From the NCBI RefSeq assembly GCF_051097895.1, contig NZ_CP142525.1, positions 30,001-62,000 of the forward strand: a stretch of 32,000 nucleotides of DNA. The letters run 5' to 3'. Of this stretch, positions 15,736-26,082 are shown piece by piece. A program made the translations under genes and the position numbers. The DNA comes from Psychrobacter sp. HD31. GTDB lineage: Bacteria > Pseudomonadota > Gammaproteobacteria > Pseudomonadales > Moraxellaceae. The notes beneath the pieces were generated by a model that saw nothing but the letters and a program-made list of their open reading frames with translations, did no database searches and was not told the DNA's origin. Each line of letters opens with the position of its first letter. The stretch's first letter is position 1.

Positions 15736-16863
15736 ATGAAAAATAATAACCAAATCAATACCATCATTATTGGTGCTGGTCCTGCTGGGCTGGCAATGGC
15801 AGCTTGCCTTAGTAAGCAAAACACACCCTATGTAATACTGGAACAAAGTGACAAGATTGCGGTTAAGTGGCACAATCATTACAAACGTTTGCATTTGCAT
15901 ACTGCCAAAGAATACTCTAACTTGCCTTATTTTGATTTTCCTAAACAGTTTCCTCGTTATCCATCTCGTCAACAAGTGGTGCGTTATCTTGAAGATTATG
16001 CCAACCATTTTGATATCCAACCAGTGTTTAATGCCAAAGTTATTGATACAAAAAAAACCAACGATGGCTGGCAAGTGGTTGCCGAGCAAAAAGGTCAAAC
16101 AGTAACGTTTGATAGTCAAAACTTGGTGGTGGCAACCGGCTTTAATCACATACCCAATATGCCAACTTGGGATGGGCTTGAGTCATTTACTGGCGAGGTT
16201 ATCCATAGTGAAAATTACGTGGACGGCAAAGCATACAAAGATAAAACGGTTATGGTTGTGGGCTTTGGTAACTCAGGCTCTGAAATTGCAATTGATTTAT
16301 GGGAGTATGGGGCTAAACCTATTATGAGTGTACGCTCGCCTGTTAATATTTTACCTAAAGAGGTGATGGGTATTCCAACCCTTGCAATGGGCATTGTACA
16401 ACAGCATTTGCCAACAAAAATTGCCGATGTGATTACCAAGGTTACTGCCAAAACGATGATAGGGGATTTGTCTAAATATGGTTTAAAAACTTTGGATAGA
16501 GGACCAATGGAAGAAATTAAGAAAAATGCCAGAGTCCCTATGCTCGACATAGGCACGGTGGATTTAATTAAGCAGGGCAAAGTGTTGGTTTATCCTGATA
16601 TCCATAAATTTACTGCCGAGACGGTACAGTTTGCTGATGAGCGTGAAGTTAAGGTAGATGCCGTGGTATTGGCAACAGGTTTCCGTCCACAAATTAGTCG
16701 TTTTTTAAAACTGCAGCAATGCTTAACTAATGGACTCCCTAATACCAGTGGCACAAAGTCAGAAGTGAAAGGCTTATATTTTATTGGTTTTTACATATCT
16801 CCTGCAGGTATGTTTAGAGAAATGGCAAATGAAGCAAAAAAGTTAGCCAAACTTATTTGTTGA
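15736..16863 (+). CDS. Flavin-containing monooxygenase-like NAD(P)/FAD-binding oxidoreductase
   Basis: It has two dinucleotide-binding motifs, IIGAGPAGLA and VVGFGNSGSEIA. The ATG at 15736 has an AAGGA RBS 5 nt upstream, so the ORF-track start at 15631 is probably too long. Confidence 0.75.
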   Translation: MKNNNQINTIIIGAGPAGLAMAACLSKQNTPYVILEQSDKIAVKWHNHYKRLHLHTAKEYSNLPYFDFPKQFPRYPSRQQVVRYLEDYANHFDIQPVFNAKVIDTKKTNDGWQVVAEQKGQTVTFDSQNLVVATGFNHIPNMPTWDGLESFTGEVIHSENYVDGKAYKDKTVMVVGFGNSGSEIAIDLWEYGAKPIMSVRSPVNILPKEVMGIPTLAMGIVQQHLPTKIADVITKVTAKTMIGDLSKYGLKTLDRGPMEEIKKNARVPMLDIGTVDLIKQGKVLVYPDIHKFTAETVQFADEREVKVDAVVLATGFRPQISRFLKLQQCLTNGLPNTSGTKSEVKGLYFIGFYISPAGMFREMANEAKKLAKLIC

Positions 16864-16925
16864 TTTTAAAAACGCATGTTTTTTAAGCGGGTTAAATCTA
16901 TCAACCATCAAAAAAATTTTTGGTT

Positions 16926-17432
16926 TTATATATCTAACCCTTTTTTTAATTTGTCTAGTAAATGAGTGAGGTTTTGATACTCGGCTTCACTGAGTGTGTC
17001 TTGTTGCTGCTGTTGTATTTTGGCTTTTTCTTGCCCAGCTTGTTGCTCTAAATCAATGCCTACCTGGCTTAAACTAATCATTTTACTGCGTTTGTCTAAC
17101 GGGTTAGCGGTAAGCTCAATCACGCCTTTATTTACCATCTTTTTTAACATTAAGCTTAAACAGCCATTATCTATTGATGTGATTTTTTGTAGCTCCCCAA
17201 TGCTTAAATGGTGTTGGTTATTAGCATGTTGTTGCCATAACGCCATCATCACCACATATTGAGGGTAGGTGAGGTTGACCGCCTCTAACAATGGTCTATA
17301 GGTTCTGGTAACAGCGTTAGATAACACATATAAGCGGTGACATAATTGGCTTTCTAGCGTTTGATCTGTGGTATTGGTTTTATCATCAGTCGTTTTTATA
17401 TTGGGTTTTTTAGTGGTATTCGTCATAGTCAT
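16926..17432 (-). CDS. ohrR: MarR-family regulator, OhrR-like
   Basis: It carries the reactive-Cys context ESQLCHRLYVLSNAVTRTYRPLLEAVNLTYPQYVVMMALW, typical of OhrR. It is divergent from an operon ending in ohr. Confidence 0.8.
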   Translation of the reverse strand: MTMTNTTKKPNIKTTDDKTNTTDQTLESQLCHRLYVLSNAVTRTYRPLLEAVNLTYPQYVVMMALWQQHANNQHHLSIGELQKITSIDNGCLSLMLKKMVNKGVIELTANPLDKRSKMISLSQVGIDLEQQAGQEKAKIQQQQQDTLSEAEYQNLTHLLDKLKKGLDI

Positions 17433-17468
17433 TAGCCAGTTATATTGAAAAATCTATTATATTTTACA

Positions 17469-17520
17469 TGCAAAGTACTTGCAAATATAAAAAAAACCAA
17501 TATAATAGTTTGCATGCAAA
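17469..17520 (+). promoter_or_regulatory. Candidate sigma70 promoter with two TGCAA-type palindromes (putative OhrR operators)
   Basis: The -35 TTGCAA (17479-17484), a 16-nt spacer and the -10 TATAAT (17501-17506) make a plausible promoter. TGCAA-N5-TTGCA (17469-17483) overlaps the -35. The perfect 12-bp palindrome TTTGCATGCAAA (17509-17520) lies just after the -10. Confidence 0.55.
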
Positions 17521-17580
17521 ATAAATATGTATTTTCTTTTAAGTAAAAAAATGCATGATTAGTAAACAACCAATAAGGTA

Positions 17581-18228
17581 ATGAATATGAAACATACTGA
17601 TTTTCTTGATAAGCTGTCTGAACGTTATGCAGCAAAAGCAATGAATGGGCAAGTGGTACCAGAAGATAAATTACAACGTATTTTAGAAGCAACCAGATTG
17701 GCACCAACTTCTAGTGGCTTACAACCATTTGAAGTGTTTATCATTACAAATGATGAAATAAAAGCAAAAATCCGTAAAGTTGCATGGGACCAACCACAAG
17801 TAACGGATTGCTCTCATCTTATGGTTTTTGCCGCATGGGATACCTATACAGAAGATCGAATCAACCACATGTTTGATTTAACAAATGAGATTAGAGGGTT
17901 TAAAAACGAAGGGTGGGAAAACTATCGTCAATTTTTATTATCCATATATCCACAAAGATCGGCAGAAGAAAACTTTCAGCATGCCGCTCGTCAAACTTAT
18001 ATTGCATTAATGGCAGCCATGACACAGGCAGAATATGAAGCGGTTGATTGTGTACCAATGGAAGGCTTTACTCCAGATGATGTTGACCAAATACTAGGGT
18101 TAGCAGAAAAAGGTTTAAAGAGTACCTTATTACTGCCATTGGGTTATCGTGATGCAGAAAATGATTGGTTGGTAAACTTACCAAAAGTACGTAAACCAAT
18201 GGAGCAATTGGTTAATTATATCGACTAA
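17581..18228 (+). CDS. NAD(P)H nitroreductase family protein
   Basis: 215 aa with an N-terminal RYAAKAM...L..ILEATRLAPTSSGLQPF pattern and the C-terminal PLGYRD typical of nitroreductase-fold proteins. The ATG at 17587 is an alternative start with better AAGG spacing. Confidence 0.8.
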   Translation: MNMKHTDFLDKLSERYAAKAMNGQVVPEDKLQRILEATRLAPTSSGLQPFEVFIITNDEIKAKIRKVAWDQPQVTDCSHLMVFAAWDTYTEDRINHMFDLTNEIRGFKNEGWENYRQFLLSIYPQRSAEENFQHAARQTYIALMAAMTQAEYEAVDCVPMEGFTPDDVDQILGLAEKGLKSTLLLPLGYRDAENDWLVNLPKVRKPMEQLVNYID

Positions 18229-18298
18229 TTGTAATCTTTGTTCTTTATCGTTTTATTAATTAAATTTCTTATAATTTTCGTAAAAATTGGAGTCAATT

Positions 18299-18730
18299 AT
18301 GTCAATTGAAAAAGTATTATATACAGCAGAAGTGAATGTAACTGGTGGACGTGAAAACGGTGCTGCCAAGTCAGATGATGGTCAGTTAGATATTGCTTTA
18401 GGGCAACCAAAAGCGTTAGGCGGTGATGGGGTAAGCGGTAGCAACCCAGAGCAGTTATTTGCCGCAGGTTATGCCGCCTGTTTTATTGGGGCAATGCGTG
18501 TGGTTGCAATGCGTCAAAAAATTGACTTACCAGAAGGTCTAAATATTGACAGTAAAGTTAGTTTGGGTGCGGTTGGTCAGGCTTACGGTATTGCTGCTGA
18601 ATTAGTTGTTAATTTGCCAGGCTTGAATCAAGAAGTGGCAGAAGGCTTAGTTAATGCTGCCCATCAAGTATGCCCATACTCAAATGCAACACGTGGCAAT
18701 ATTGATGTTAAATTAAGTGTGGTTGTATAA
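18299..18730 (+). CDS. ohr: Organic hydroperoxide resistance protein Ohr (OsmC/Ohr family)
   Basis: 143 aa from the ATG at 18299 (GGAG RBS 5 nt upstream). Both conserved Cys contexts are present, AAGYAACFIGA and HQVCPYSNATRGNI. Confidence 0.9.
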   Translation: MSIEKVLYTAEVNVTGGRENGAAKSDDGQLDIALGQPKALGGDGVSGSNPEQLFAAGYAACFIGAMRVVAMRQKIDLPEGLNIDSKVSLGAVGQAYGIAAELVVNLPGLNQEVAEGLVNAAHQVCPYSNATRGNIDVKLSVVV

Positions 18731-18765
18731 AATAGTACAATAAAAACCTACTAAAGTTTTTAATT

Positions 18766-18803
18766 AAAAAAGCACGCTAATTTAGATTGGCGTGCTTTTT
18801 TTG
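18766..18803. terminator. Bidirectional rho-independent terminator between ohr and argF
   Basis: AGCACGC (18771-18777) pairs with GCGTGCT (18790-18796). An A-run lies upstream and a T-run downstream. Confidence 0.7.
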
Positions 18804-18862
18804 TTCAAAATTTTAATAACCCTAAAATAATACGCTTAAAAAGATATGAGAGAAAGAAAGTA

Positions 18863-19780
18863 TTAAAGTTTAATTTTGTCTTGTAGTAAAAATTCCATTA
18901 ATGCTTTTTGAGCATGTAAACGGTTTTCAGCTTCATCCCAAACAACAGAACGTGGATCATCTAACAAATCGATAGAAATCTCTTCACCACGGTGTGCAGG
19001 CAAACAATGCATAAATAATACATCAGGGGCTGCTTTATCTAACAGAGCAGGGGTAACTTGATAGGGGTTAAAACGTTTAGCACGGGTGTTTTGTTCAGAC
19101 TCTTGCCCCATGCTTGCCCATACATCAGTTACAATCAGGTGAGAGTCCTTACTGGCATCTTCTACGCTTTCCATCACACTAACACAGTGTTTGTATTTTT
19201 CGACTAAATGTGGATTTGGCTCAAAACCATAGGGTGCAGCAACACGCAGTTCAAACCCAAATTGGTCAGCAGCATGGATAAATGAAGCACACATATTGTT
19301 GCCATCACCAACCCAAGTGACAGTCTTACCCTCAATACTACCTCTGTGCTCATGGAATGTTTGCATATCTGCCAACAACTGGCAAGGGTGGAAGTCATCG
19401 GTTAGGGCGTTTATGATGGGTACCGAAGAGTATTCGGCAAATTTTTCTACCTTTTCATGCTCAAAGGTACGAATCATAACAATATCGACCATGCTAGAAA
19501 CAACTCGTGCAGAGTCTTCAATTGGCTCACCACGCCCAAGTTGTGTACTTTGAGGCGATAGGAATAAGGCTTGCCCGCCAAATTGCCCCATGCCTGTCTC
19601 AAATGAGATGCGTGTGCGTGTTGATGATTTTTCAAAAATCATGGCAAGGGTACGACCAACAAAAGGCTGATAAATATCACCAGCATGTTGCATTTTACGC
19701 AACTCAGTAGCACGTGCAATAACTTGTTTTAGTTCTGATTTTGATAAGTCTTTAAGGGTTAAAAAGTGGCGCACACTCAT
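18863..19780 (-). CDS. argF: Ornithine carbamoyltransferase
   Basis: [18 protein letters not shown] and [10 protein letters not shown] motifs are present. The ATG at 19780 ([12 protein letters not shown]) is preferred over the upstream TTG at 19792. Confidence 0.93.
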   Translation of the reverse strand: MSVRHFLTLKDLSKSELKQVIARATELRKMQHAGDIYQPFVGRTLAMIFEKSSTRTRISFETGMGQFGGQALFLSPQSTQLGRGEPIEDSARVVSSMVDIVMIRTFEHEKVEKFAEYSSVPIINALTDDFHPCQLLADMQTFHEHRGSIEGKTVTWVGDGNNMCASFIHAADQFGFELRVAAPYGFEPNPHLVEKYKHCVSVMESVEDASKDSHLIVTDVWASMGQESEQNTRAKRFNPYQVTPALLDKAAPDVLFMHCLPAHRGEEISIDLLDDPRSVVWDEAENRLHAQKALMEFLLQDKIKL

Positions 19781-19956
19781 GGATAATCTCAAATTGCTAT
19801 GATTAAAAAAATAAGCTATAAGTCACCAGTATAACTTAATTTAAGGGTTTGTAAATTGTCTTTTTTGATTTACAGTAAAGTCCGGTTTGTTTAAGGCATA
19901 ATGATTTATTTTTTAAATAAAAAATATGAATTAAAGATTTTTTAAACACTCATTTT

Positions 19957-21078
19957 TTAAGTTTTGTGGAGTTTTCTGGTTGGTCGGGTGGTTAAACGGC
20001 ATAAAAGCTCATAGCTAATGGTGTTGGCAGATTGAGCCACCTCATCTATTTGCGGTGCCGCTCCCCACAAGGTGACTATACTGTCAATGCCCAGGCTGGC
20101 AGTTAAGTCGGTTAAGTCGATGACAATCATATCCATGGCAACACGCCCAATAATAGCCGCTTTATGTAATCCTGCTTGCGTTGTTGTGTCTGTAACGGCA
20201 ACCCAAGCTGTGTTATCAACAACTCGGGGATAGCCATCGCCATAGCCAATACTAACAATGCCCACTCGGCTTGCCCTTTGAGCTTTCCAGCGGCTACCAT
20301 AGCCGACCATTTCTCCTGTGTTTAGTTGATGTACTGCCATTATTTTTGCCTGTAATGTCATGACAGGTTTTAGGTTAAGTTGGTCAGAGGCTTTATCAAC
20401 AACAGGAGAGCTACCATACAACATGATACCAGGACGAACCCAGTCAAAATGCCAATTAGGAAAGTTAATAATGGCAGCCGAATTGCATAATGACCCTTTA
20501 ATATTAGGGTCGACTTGTTGTTGCAGTTGAGTGAATACCTTGCTAAATAGTGTGCCCTGTTGCTCATTTAATGGGGTTGATTTGTCATCTGCATTGGCAA
20601 AGTGGCTGGTTAAAATGAGTTGGTAGCCTGCTTGTGTTAGCTGTTTTGCTGCTTCAATGACGCTGTGTTGATCAAAACCCAGACGGTTCATACCTGTGTT
20701 GAGTTTAAGCCATATGGTTTTTGTTTGGCAATCATGCTTTGGTATGTTTTGTAACGCCCAGTCTAATTGCTGCTGCTGATGAATCACGCACATAAAATGG
20801 TTGTTTATGGCAGTTTGCCATTCAGCTTGGCTAAAAACCCCTTCAATTAATACCGTGTGTTTTGCCCAGCCAAGTTGTTTTGCTTGTATAGCCTCAGCTA
20901 AAGTAGCCACGCCTATGGCATCGGCATCGGTTAACGCCGGTAAACACATAGCCACCCCATGCCCATAAGCATTTGCTTTTACCATCGCCAGTACTTTGCT
21001 GTTGGGTGCAATCTTGTTAACCTGTGCTAGGTTGTGTGTTAAAGCACCTTGGTTTATTAGTATGTTGGCAGTACGCAT
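19957..21078 (-). CDS. alr: Alanine racemase
   Basis: The PLP-lysine motif VKANAYGHG is present. It is 373 aa and lies immediately downstream of dnaB. Confidence 0.9.
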   Translation of the reverse strand: MRTANILINQGALTHNLAQVNKIAPNSKVLAMVKANAYGHGVAMCLPALTDADAIGVATLAEAIQAKQLGWAKHTVLIEGVFSQAEWQTAINNHFMCVIHQQQQLDWALQNIPKHDCQTKTIWLKLNTGMNRLGFDQHSVIEAAKQLTQAGYQLILTSHFANADDKSTPLNEQQGTLFSKVFTQLQQQVDPNIKGSLCNSAAIINFPNWHFDWVRPGIMLYGSSPVVDKASDQLNLKPVMTLQAKIMAVHQLNTGEMVGYGSRWKAQRASRVGIVSIGYGDGYPRVVDNTAWVAVTDTTTQAGLHKAAIIGRVAMDMIVIDLTDLTASLGIDSIVTLWGAAPQIDEVAQSANTISYELLCRLTTRPTRKLHKT

Positions 21079-21147
21079 GGGGGGGTCGCTTTATTGATTT
21101 AAATGGTTTAAAAAATAATGGTAACCTAGTTTACGTTAATTAATGGC

Positions 21148-22557
21148 TTATTCGTCTGGCTCGGCAAAGCCTGCATCAGAAAAATGTTCTGGCGTTAAGT
21201 TTGTAAAACGTGTGAACTGACCTTCAAAACCTAAGCGAACCGTTCCGATGGGTCCGTTACGTTGTTTGCCGATAATAATTTCTCCCATACCTTTTTGGTC
21301 GCTTTTTTCGTTATATACTTCATCTCGATAAATAAAGGTGATTAAATCGGCATCCTGTTCAATAGCACCAGATTCACGCAAGTCAGACATGATAGGGCGT
21401 TTATTTGGGCGGTTTTCTAGGCTGCGGTTAAGCTGAGACAATGCAATAACTGGACATTCAAGCTCACGGGCAAGGGCTTTTAAACTACGTGAAATTTCAG
21501 AAATCTCACCAACTCGGTTATCGCCCATACCTGGTACTTTCATTAGCTGTAGGTAATCGACAACAATCAAGCCAATTTTGCCATCATTGTCTTTAGCAAT
21601 ACGGCGACAGCGAGAGCGCATTTCTGATGGCGGTAGGGCAGTGCTGTCATCAATGTATAGCTTTTTCTCATTAAAAAATGCCATGCCAGATTGTACTTTA
21701 TGCCATTCATCTTCATTCATTTTACCAGAACGCAAACGCCCTTGATCGACAGACATAAATGAAGAAAGCATACGCATGACAATGGATTCTGCTGGCATCT
21801 CCATAGAAAATACCACCACAGGCAAGTCTGAATACTTTAAAGCGCCTTCTGCTAAGTTCATGGCAAAAGTGGTTTTACCCATAGATGGACGAGCGGCAAC
21901 AATAATCAGATCCCCTTTTTGTAGCCCACGCGTTTTTATGTCTAAATCTTCAAACCCAGTAGACAAACCAGTGACGCCGTTTTCGTTATCGATGAGTTTT
22001 AACTCGGCAAGTTGTTCGGTAACGGTTAATAAAATATTGGTGATTTCTTGCGGACCTTTTTGGCTAGACTGCTTGCTGTGTTGCTCATTAATGGCAAAAA
22101 TCTTTGATTCTGCGGAGTCCAAAATGTCGTTAACGCTTTGCTCTTTTGGGTTGTAAGCTAGGCTTAGCATCTCGTTACTGGCAGAAATAATTTGACGCAA
22201 GGTAGACAGCTCACGCACACGCTGGGCGTATGACTCCAAGTTAAAAAGTGTTGCTGGGCTTTGGGTTAAAATATCGCCTAAGTAGCTCTCACCGCCTGCG
22301 TTTTCTAGCAGCTTTTGGCGCTCTAACCAATCATATACCATAACCATGTCGTATGGTAAGCTGGCATTTGCCAAGTGATTGATTGCCGAAAAAATATGCT
22401 GATGGCGCAAAGCATAAAAGTCCTCTTTTCCGACAATTTCAGAAACGGTGTCGTAAGACTCTTCAATGCTCATTAATGATGCGAGCAAAGCTTTTTCGAT
22501 ATCAATGCTATGCGGCGGTTGTTGTTTTAAGATGTCGTCAGATTTGCCATCATTCAT
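21148..22557 (-). CDS. dnaB: Replicative DNA helicase
   Basis: 469 aa with GLSTGFEDLD, Walker A AARPSMGKTTFA, FSMEM and the C-terminal RNGPIG motif. There is no intein. Confidence 0.95.
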   Translation of the reverse strand: MNDGKSDDILKQQPPHSIDIEKALLASLMSIEESYDTVSEIVGKEDFYALRHQHIFSAINHLANASLPYDMVMVYDWLERQKLLENAGGESYLGDILTQSPATLFNLESYAQRVRELSTLRQIISASNEMLSLAYNPKEQSVNDILDSAESKIFAINEQHSKQSSQKGPQEITNILLTVTEQLAELKLIDNENGVTGLSTGFEDLDIKTRGLQKGDLIIVAARPSMGKTTFAMNLAEGALKYSDLPVVVFSMEMPAESIVMRMLSSFMSVDQGRLRSGKMNEDEWHKVQSGMAFFNEKKLYIDDSTALPPSEMRSRCRRIAKDNDGKIGLIVVDYLQLMKVPGMGDNRVGEISEISRSLKALARELECPVIALSQLNRSLENRPNKRPIMSDLRESGAIEQDADLITFIYRDEVYNEKSDQKGMGEIIIGKQRNGPIGTVRLGFEGQFTRFTNLTPEHFSDAGFAEPDE

Positions 22558-22797
22558 ATATTTAACTGCTAGTTTTTTGTTAGTCTTGCTATAATTATCG
22601 GTGTGATATGATGCAAAAACAAGTAATTTTTATATAAAAGATTCGCTTTTATGCCTTATTGTTAATTGTCAAAATAATGCCAATTGAGCAATCAGCATTG
22701 ATAACAAGCATAATAAATAATCAGGCTTACTATAGTGTGAATGTTTGTATCGCCCAAATAACCTATTTCATAAGCACAATAAACCAAGGGGAAAAGT

Positions 22798-23856
22798 TTG
22801 AGTCAAAATAAACACAAACCCATTTTAATAACAACAGGTGAACCTGCAGGCATTGGTATGGATATTGTGCTCGCACTTGCCAAAACGGGGTATTTTAAAC
22901 AGTTGCAACAACCCATTATTGTTGCTGCTAATGCGGCTGCTTTGAAGGAGCGATTAAATTTACTACAAAAAAATAATTGGCATGATGATTTAACACAACC
23001 AAGTTGGCGGGTACTGCAATCGGTAGATCAGTTGACGAATCATAAAGATAAAAAACCAGTAGATTTTTATGTAACTGACATAGCTGTTACAGAAAATGTT
23101 GTCGCTGGACAAGTTAATATAAACAATGCAAGTATGGTGTTAGAACAGCTTGCGTTAGCGCATGACTTGGCAAAACATAAAAAAATTGCAGCGATAGTAA
23201 CCGCACCTTTACAAAAATCAGCACTGATTAATGCAAATTTAAACTTGCCAGATGGCACCATGTTTAGTGGGCATACCGAGTATTTTATGCAAATGAGTGG
23301 CTGTGAAAAAGTGGTGATGATGCTGGCTAACAGCAAGTTAAAAGTGGCTTTGGTAACCACACATTTACCATTATCTCAAGTAGCTCAGGCCATTACTAAA
23401 GCGCAAGTACAACAAACAGTTGAGATTGTTTTAAACAGTTTACATAGCCAGTTTGGTATCAATAAGCCCAAAGTACTGGTTTGTGGGCTAAATCCGCATG
23501 CAGGTGAAGACGGACATTTGGGTATGGAAGAAATAGAAACCATCAACCCTGTGTTGCAAACATTTATTGAAGCAGGGCATGATATTAGCCTTGCCATGCC
23601 AGCAGACACCTTGTTTACCGAGCGTTATCTTACAAATTGTGATGCCACCATTGCCATGTATCATGATCAAGGGCTGCCTGTACTTAAATCACACGGATTT
23701 GGAGACTCGGTAAATATTACGCTTGGTTTGCCTTATGTACGCACCTCGGTAGACCATGGTACGGCGCTTGACTTAGCCGGTAGTGGTAAAGCAAGTAGTA
23801 ATAGCCTAAAACAAGCCATTGTGTATGCCATAAAAATGACGAGTGGCGCTAGATAA
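22798..23856 (+). CDS. pdxA: 4-hydroxythreonine-4-phosphate dehydrogenase
   Basis: ITTGEPAGIG, GHTEY and NPHAGE motifs are present. The TTG start is supported because the next in-frame ATG would delete the conserved GEPAGIG. Confidence 0.9.
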   Translation: MSQNKHKPILITTGEPAGIGMDIVLALAKTGYFKQLQQPIIVAANAAALKERLNLLQKNNWHDDLTQPSWRVLQSVDQLTNHKDKKPVDFYVTDIAVTENVVAGQVNINNASMVLEQLALAHDLAKHKKIAAIVTAPLQKSALINANLNLPDGTMFSGHTEYFMQMSGCEKVVMMLANSKLKVALVTTHLPLSQVAQAITKAQVQQTVEIVLNSLHSQFGINKPKVLVCGLNPHAGEDGHLGMEEIETINPVLQTFIEAGHDISLAMPADTLFTERYLTNCDATIAMYHDQGLPVLKSHGFGDSVNITLGLPYVRTSVDHGTALDLAGSGKASSNSLKQAIVYAIKMTSGAR

Positions 23857-23973
23857 GCCTTTGGATTAACTGCTGAACATGCGCAATTTTTTTCAAATTT
23901 TTTCAGAGGCTGCTGGCATGTTATAATTGCCATTCATTAAATTTATGTAATAAACGAAGCGATTAAGCCCAAA

Positions 23974-24825
23974 ATGAGCATACCTAAAAAAATCAAAACC
24001 AACCATCAGCCCCGTAAACGCTTTGGGCAAAACTTTTTACACGATACTGGCGTTATTGAACAAATTGTAGATGGTATTAACATCCAGCGTGATGACTGGC
24101 TTGTTGAGATAGGACCTGGCATGGGGGCATTAACTGAGCCTATGCTAAAACAATTAGACTCAATGACTGTCATTGAACTAGATAAAGATTTATCTAGCAC
24201 TTTGCGTATGCGTATTGGCGCAAATGCACATGCTGATTTTAACATCATAGAAAATAACGCCATGCATGTTGATTATCATCAGCTTTATCAAGATTACAAA
24301 GACACAACGGGGCAAGATAAGCAGCTAAGAGTGGTGGGCAACTTGCCTTACAACATATCAACCCCACTTTTGTTTCATTTGCTTAATTTTGCTGATGTGA
24401 TTGAAGACATGCACTTTATGCTGCAAAAAGAAGTGGTGGATAGAATCACAGCTGAGGTTGGTACCAAAGCTTATGGTCGTTTATCTATTATGATGCAATA
24501 CTATTGCCAAACCGAATATCTGCTAACTGTGCCAAAGGGGGCGTTTAACCCACCGCCAAAGGTTACCAGTGCGGTTTTCCGCCTTGTGCCATTTGCTAAT
24601 AAGCCAATTGTCGCCAATGATGAAGAAAGCTTTGCTGTGGTGGTCAGAGAGTGCTTTAATCAGCGTCGTAAAACCTTGAGAGCCATATTTAAAAAGAACG
24701 CACTATTACCAACACTAACAGATGAAATGATAGAAACGTTAGAAGCCCAAGGTATTGATATGCAGGCTCGTCCAGAAACCTTGTCGGTTGAAGATTTTGT
24801 TAAACTGAGCAATGTGGTTATCTGA
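23974..24825 (+). CDS. rsmA: 16S rRNA (adenine1518/1519-N6)-dimethyltransferase
   Basis: [16 protein letters not shown] and GNLPYNIS motifs are present. Confidence 0.93.
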   Translation: MSIPKKIKTNHQPRKRFGQNFLHDTGVIEQIVDGINIQRDDWLVEIGPGMGALTEPMLKQLDSMTVIELDKDLSSTLRMRIGANAHADFNIIENNAMHVDYHQLYQDYKDTTGQDKQLRVVGNLPYNISTPLLFHLLNFADVIEDMHFMLQKEVVDRITAEVGTKAYGRLSIMMQYYCQTEYLLTVPKGAFNPPPKVTSAVFRLVPFANKPIVANDEESFAVVVRECFNQRRKTLRAIFKKNALLPTLTDEMIETLEAQGIDMQARPETLSVEDFVKLSNVVI

Positions 24826-24867
24826 TTAGAGACTAAAATAAAAGCAAAAATTAATGATAGAGGCTTT

Positions 24868-25692
24868 ATGGATTTTCGTCATGAATATGTTATAGGGGAT
24901 TTACAAGGGTGTTATGATGCCTTTGAACGGCTTTTAAACAAAATAGACTTTGACCCCAAAAAAGATAAAATCTGGCTGGCTGGCGATTTGGTTGCTCGTG
25001 GTGAAGACTCCTTAAAAACCTTGCGTAAAGTTAAAAAATTGAGCGAACGAGGTGCTGCTCAAACTGTGCTTGGTAATCATGACATTAACCTCATTGCCGT
25101 TTGGCGAGGTTTTGCCAAACTAAAAAAGAAAGATAATACCGCAGAAATTATTTGGGCTAAAGATTGCGATGAATTAATGAATTGGCTACGTAAACAGCCT
25201 GTATTGTTAATGCCAAATAAAAATACCGTGTTGGTGCATGCAGGGCTACCTCCACATTGGAAGACCCGACAAGCTAAAAGTTATGCGAAAGCGTTAGAGG
25301 CAGCATTACAAGATGATATAAAAGCGTTAGATAAGTTGTTGCCAAATTTATATAGTAAAGTTGCGGATGATTGGCATGATGATTTAAAAGGGCACGACAA
25401 ATTAAGAGCAATTTGCAATTATTTTACACGCATGAGGCTGTGTAAAGAAGATGGCACATTAGAATTTAGTTTTAAATCTAGCCTAGCAGACGAAATGCCC
25501 AAGGATTTTAAACCTTGGTTTGACTGGAAAACATCTCGTAAAGAAAAAGTGTTGTTTGGGCACTGGGCAGCACTACTTGGTGAAGTGGATTTACCTAAGG
25601 CAAAAGCATTAGATGGCGGCTGTGTATGGGGAGAGAAGCTATTAGCGTATCGCTTAAAAGATGGTAAGGTTTTTAGCGTCGATAACGATTAA
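24868..25692 (+). CDS. apaH: Bis(5'-nucleosyl)-tetraphosphatase, symmetrical
   Basis: Metallophosphatase motifs GDLQGCYD, GDLVARG and GNHD are present. It lies directly after rsmA. Confidence 0.9.
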   Translation: MDFRHEYVIGDLQGCYDAFERLLNKIDFDPKKDKIWLAGDLVARGEDSLKTLRKVKKLSERGAAQTVLGNHDINLIAVWRGFAKLKKKDNTAEIIWAKDCDELMNWLRKQPVLLMPNKNTVLVHAGLPPHWKTRQAKSYAKALEAALQDDIKALDKLLPNLYSKVADDWHDDLKGHDKLRAICNYFTRMRLCKEDGTLEFSFKSSLADEMPKDFKPWFDWKTSRKEKVLFGHWAALLGEVDLPKAKALDGGCVWGEKLLAYRLKDGKVFSVDND

Positions 25693-25834
25693 TTGCTAAG
25701 CTGACAGCATAAATGGTAAGGTATTTTTAACTTAGTATTTTGCGTTAATTTTTTAATTTTAGTAAGTAAAAGAATACCTTATTATGACTTTAATTTTTTG
25801 TTGATAAACTAAGTAAATTTTTTAATAAAAAAGC

Positions 25835-25862
25835 TTGCATATGCAAAAATATTGGGTATAAT
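25835..25862 (+). promoter_or_regulatory. Sigma70-type promoter for tRNA-Lys
   Basis: TTGCAT (25835-25840), a 16-nt spacer and TATAAT (25857-25862) form the promoter. A GC-rich discriminator (GCCCTC) lies before the tRNA 5' end. Confidence 0.6.
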
Positions 25863-25876
25863 ATGCCCTCACTTAA

Positions 25877-25952
25877 GGGTTGTTAGCTCAGTTGGTAGAG
25901 CAGTTGACTTTTAATCAATTGGTCGCAGGTTCGAATCCTGCACAACCCACCA
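25877..25952 (+). tRNA. tRNA-Lys (anticodon UUU), CCA encoded
   Basis: A manual cloverleaf works: acceptor GGGTTGT/ACAACCC, D arm GCTC-AGTTGGTA-GAGC, anticodon arm GTTGA-CTTTTAA-TCAAT, T arm GCAGG-TTCGAAT-CCTGC, then ACCA. It is nearly identical to my memory of E. coli tRNA-Lys. Confidence 0.95.
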
Positions 25953-25958
25953 TATTTT

Positions 25959-25992
25959 AATCCCAGCTTTATATAAGCTGGGATTTTTTTTT
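25959..25992 (+). terminator. Rho-independent terminator after tRNA-Lys
   Basis: AATCCCAGCTT, a TATATA loop and AAGCTGGGATT are followed by a long T-run. Confidence 0.85.
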
Positions 25993-26024
25993 GTTATTTG
26001 TTTTGTTAGCCTGTTTAGTTTTAA

Positions 26025-26052
26025 TAAAAAAACCCGCCTTAAAAGACGGATT
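26025..26052 (-). terminator. Rho-independent terminator after the thiolase gene (minus strand)
   Basis: The minus-strand RNA AUCCGUC-UUUUAA-GGCGGGU (two G.U pairs) is followed by a U-run. Confidence 0.55.
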
Positions 26053-26082
26053 TTTAATAGAGTCAAATAAGCTTAGCTTAAG

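Noticed and set aside
19793-19956. I looked for an ARG box (ArgR operator) upstream of argF.
   Set aside because: Only a single ATTCAT half-site-like motif is present. There is no TGAAT-N4-ATTCA pair, and the AT-rich background makes weak matches meaningless.
22558-24867. The pdxA-rsmA-apaH cluster lacks surA upstream and lacks apaG between rsmA and apaH, unlike the enterobacterial operon.
   Set aside because: This is ordinary lineage-specific gene-order variation. There is no remnant or unusual sequence in the 42-bp rsmA-apaH spacer.
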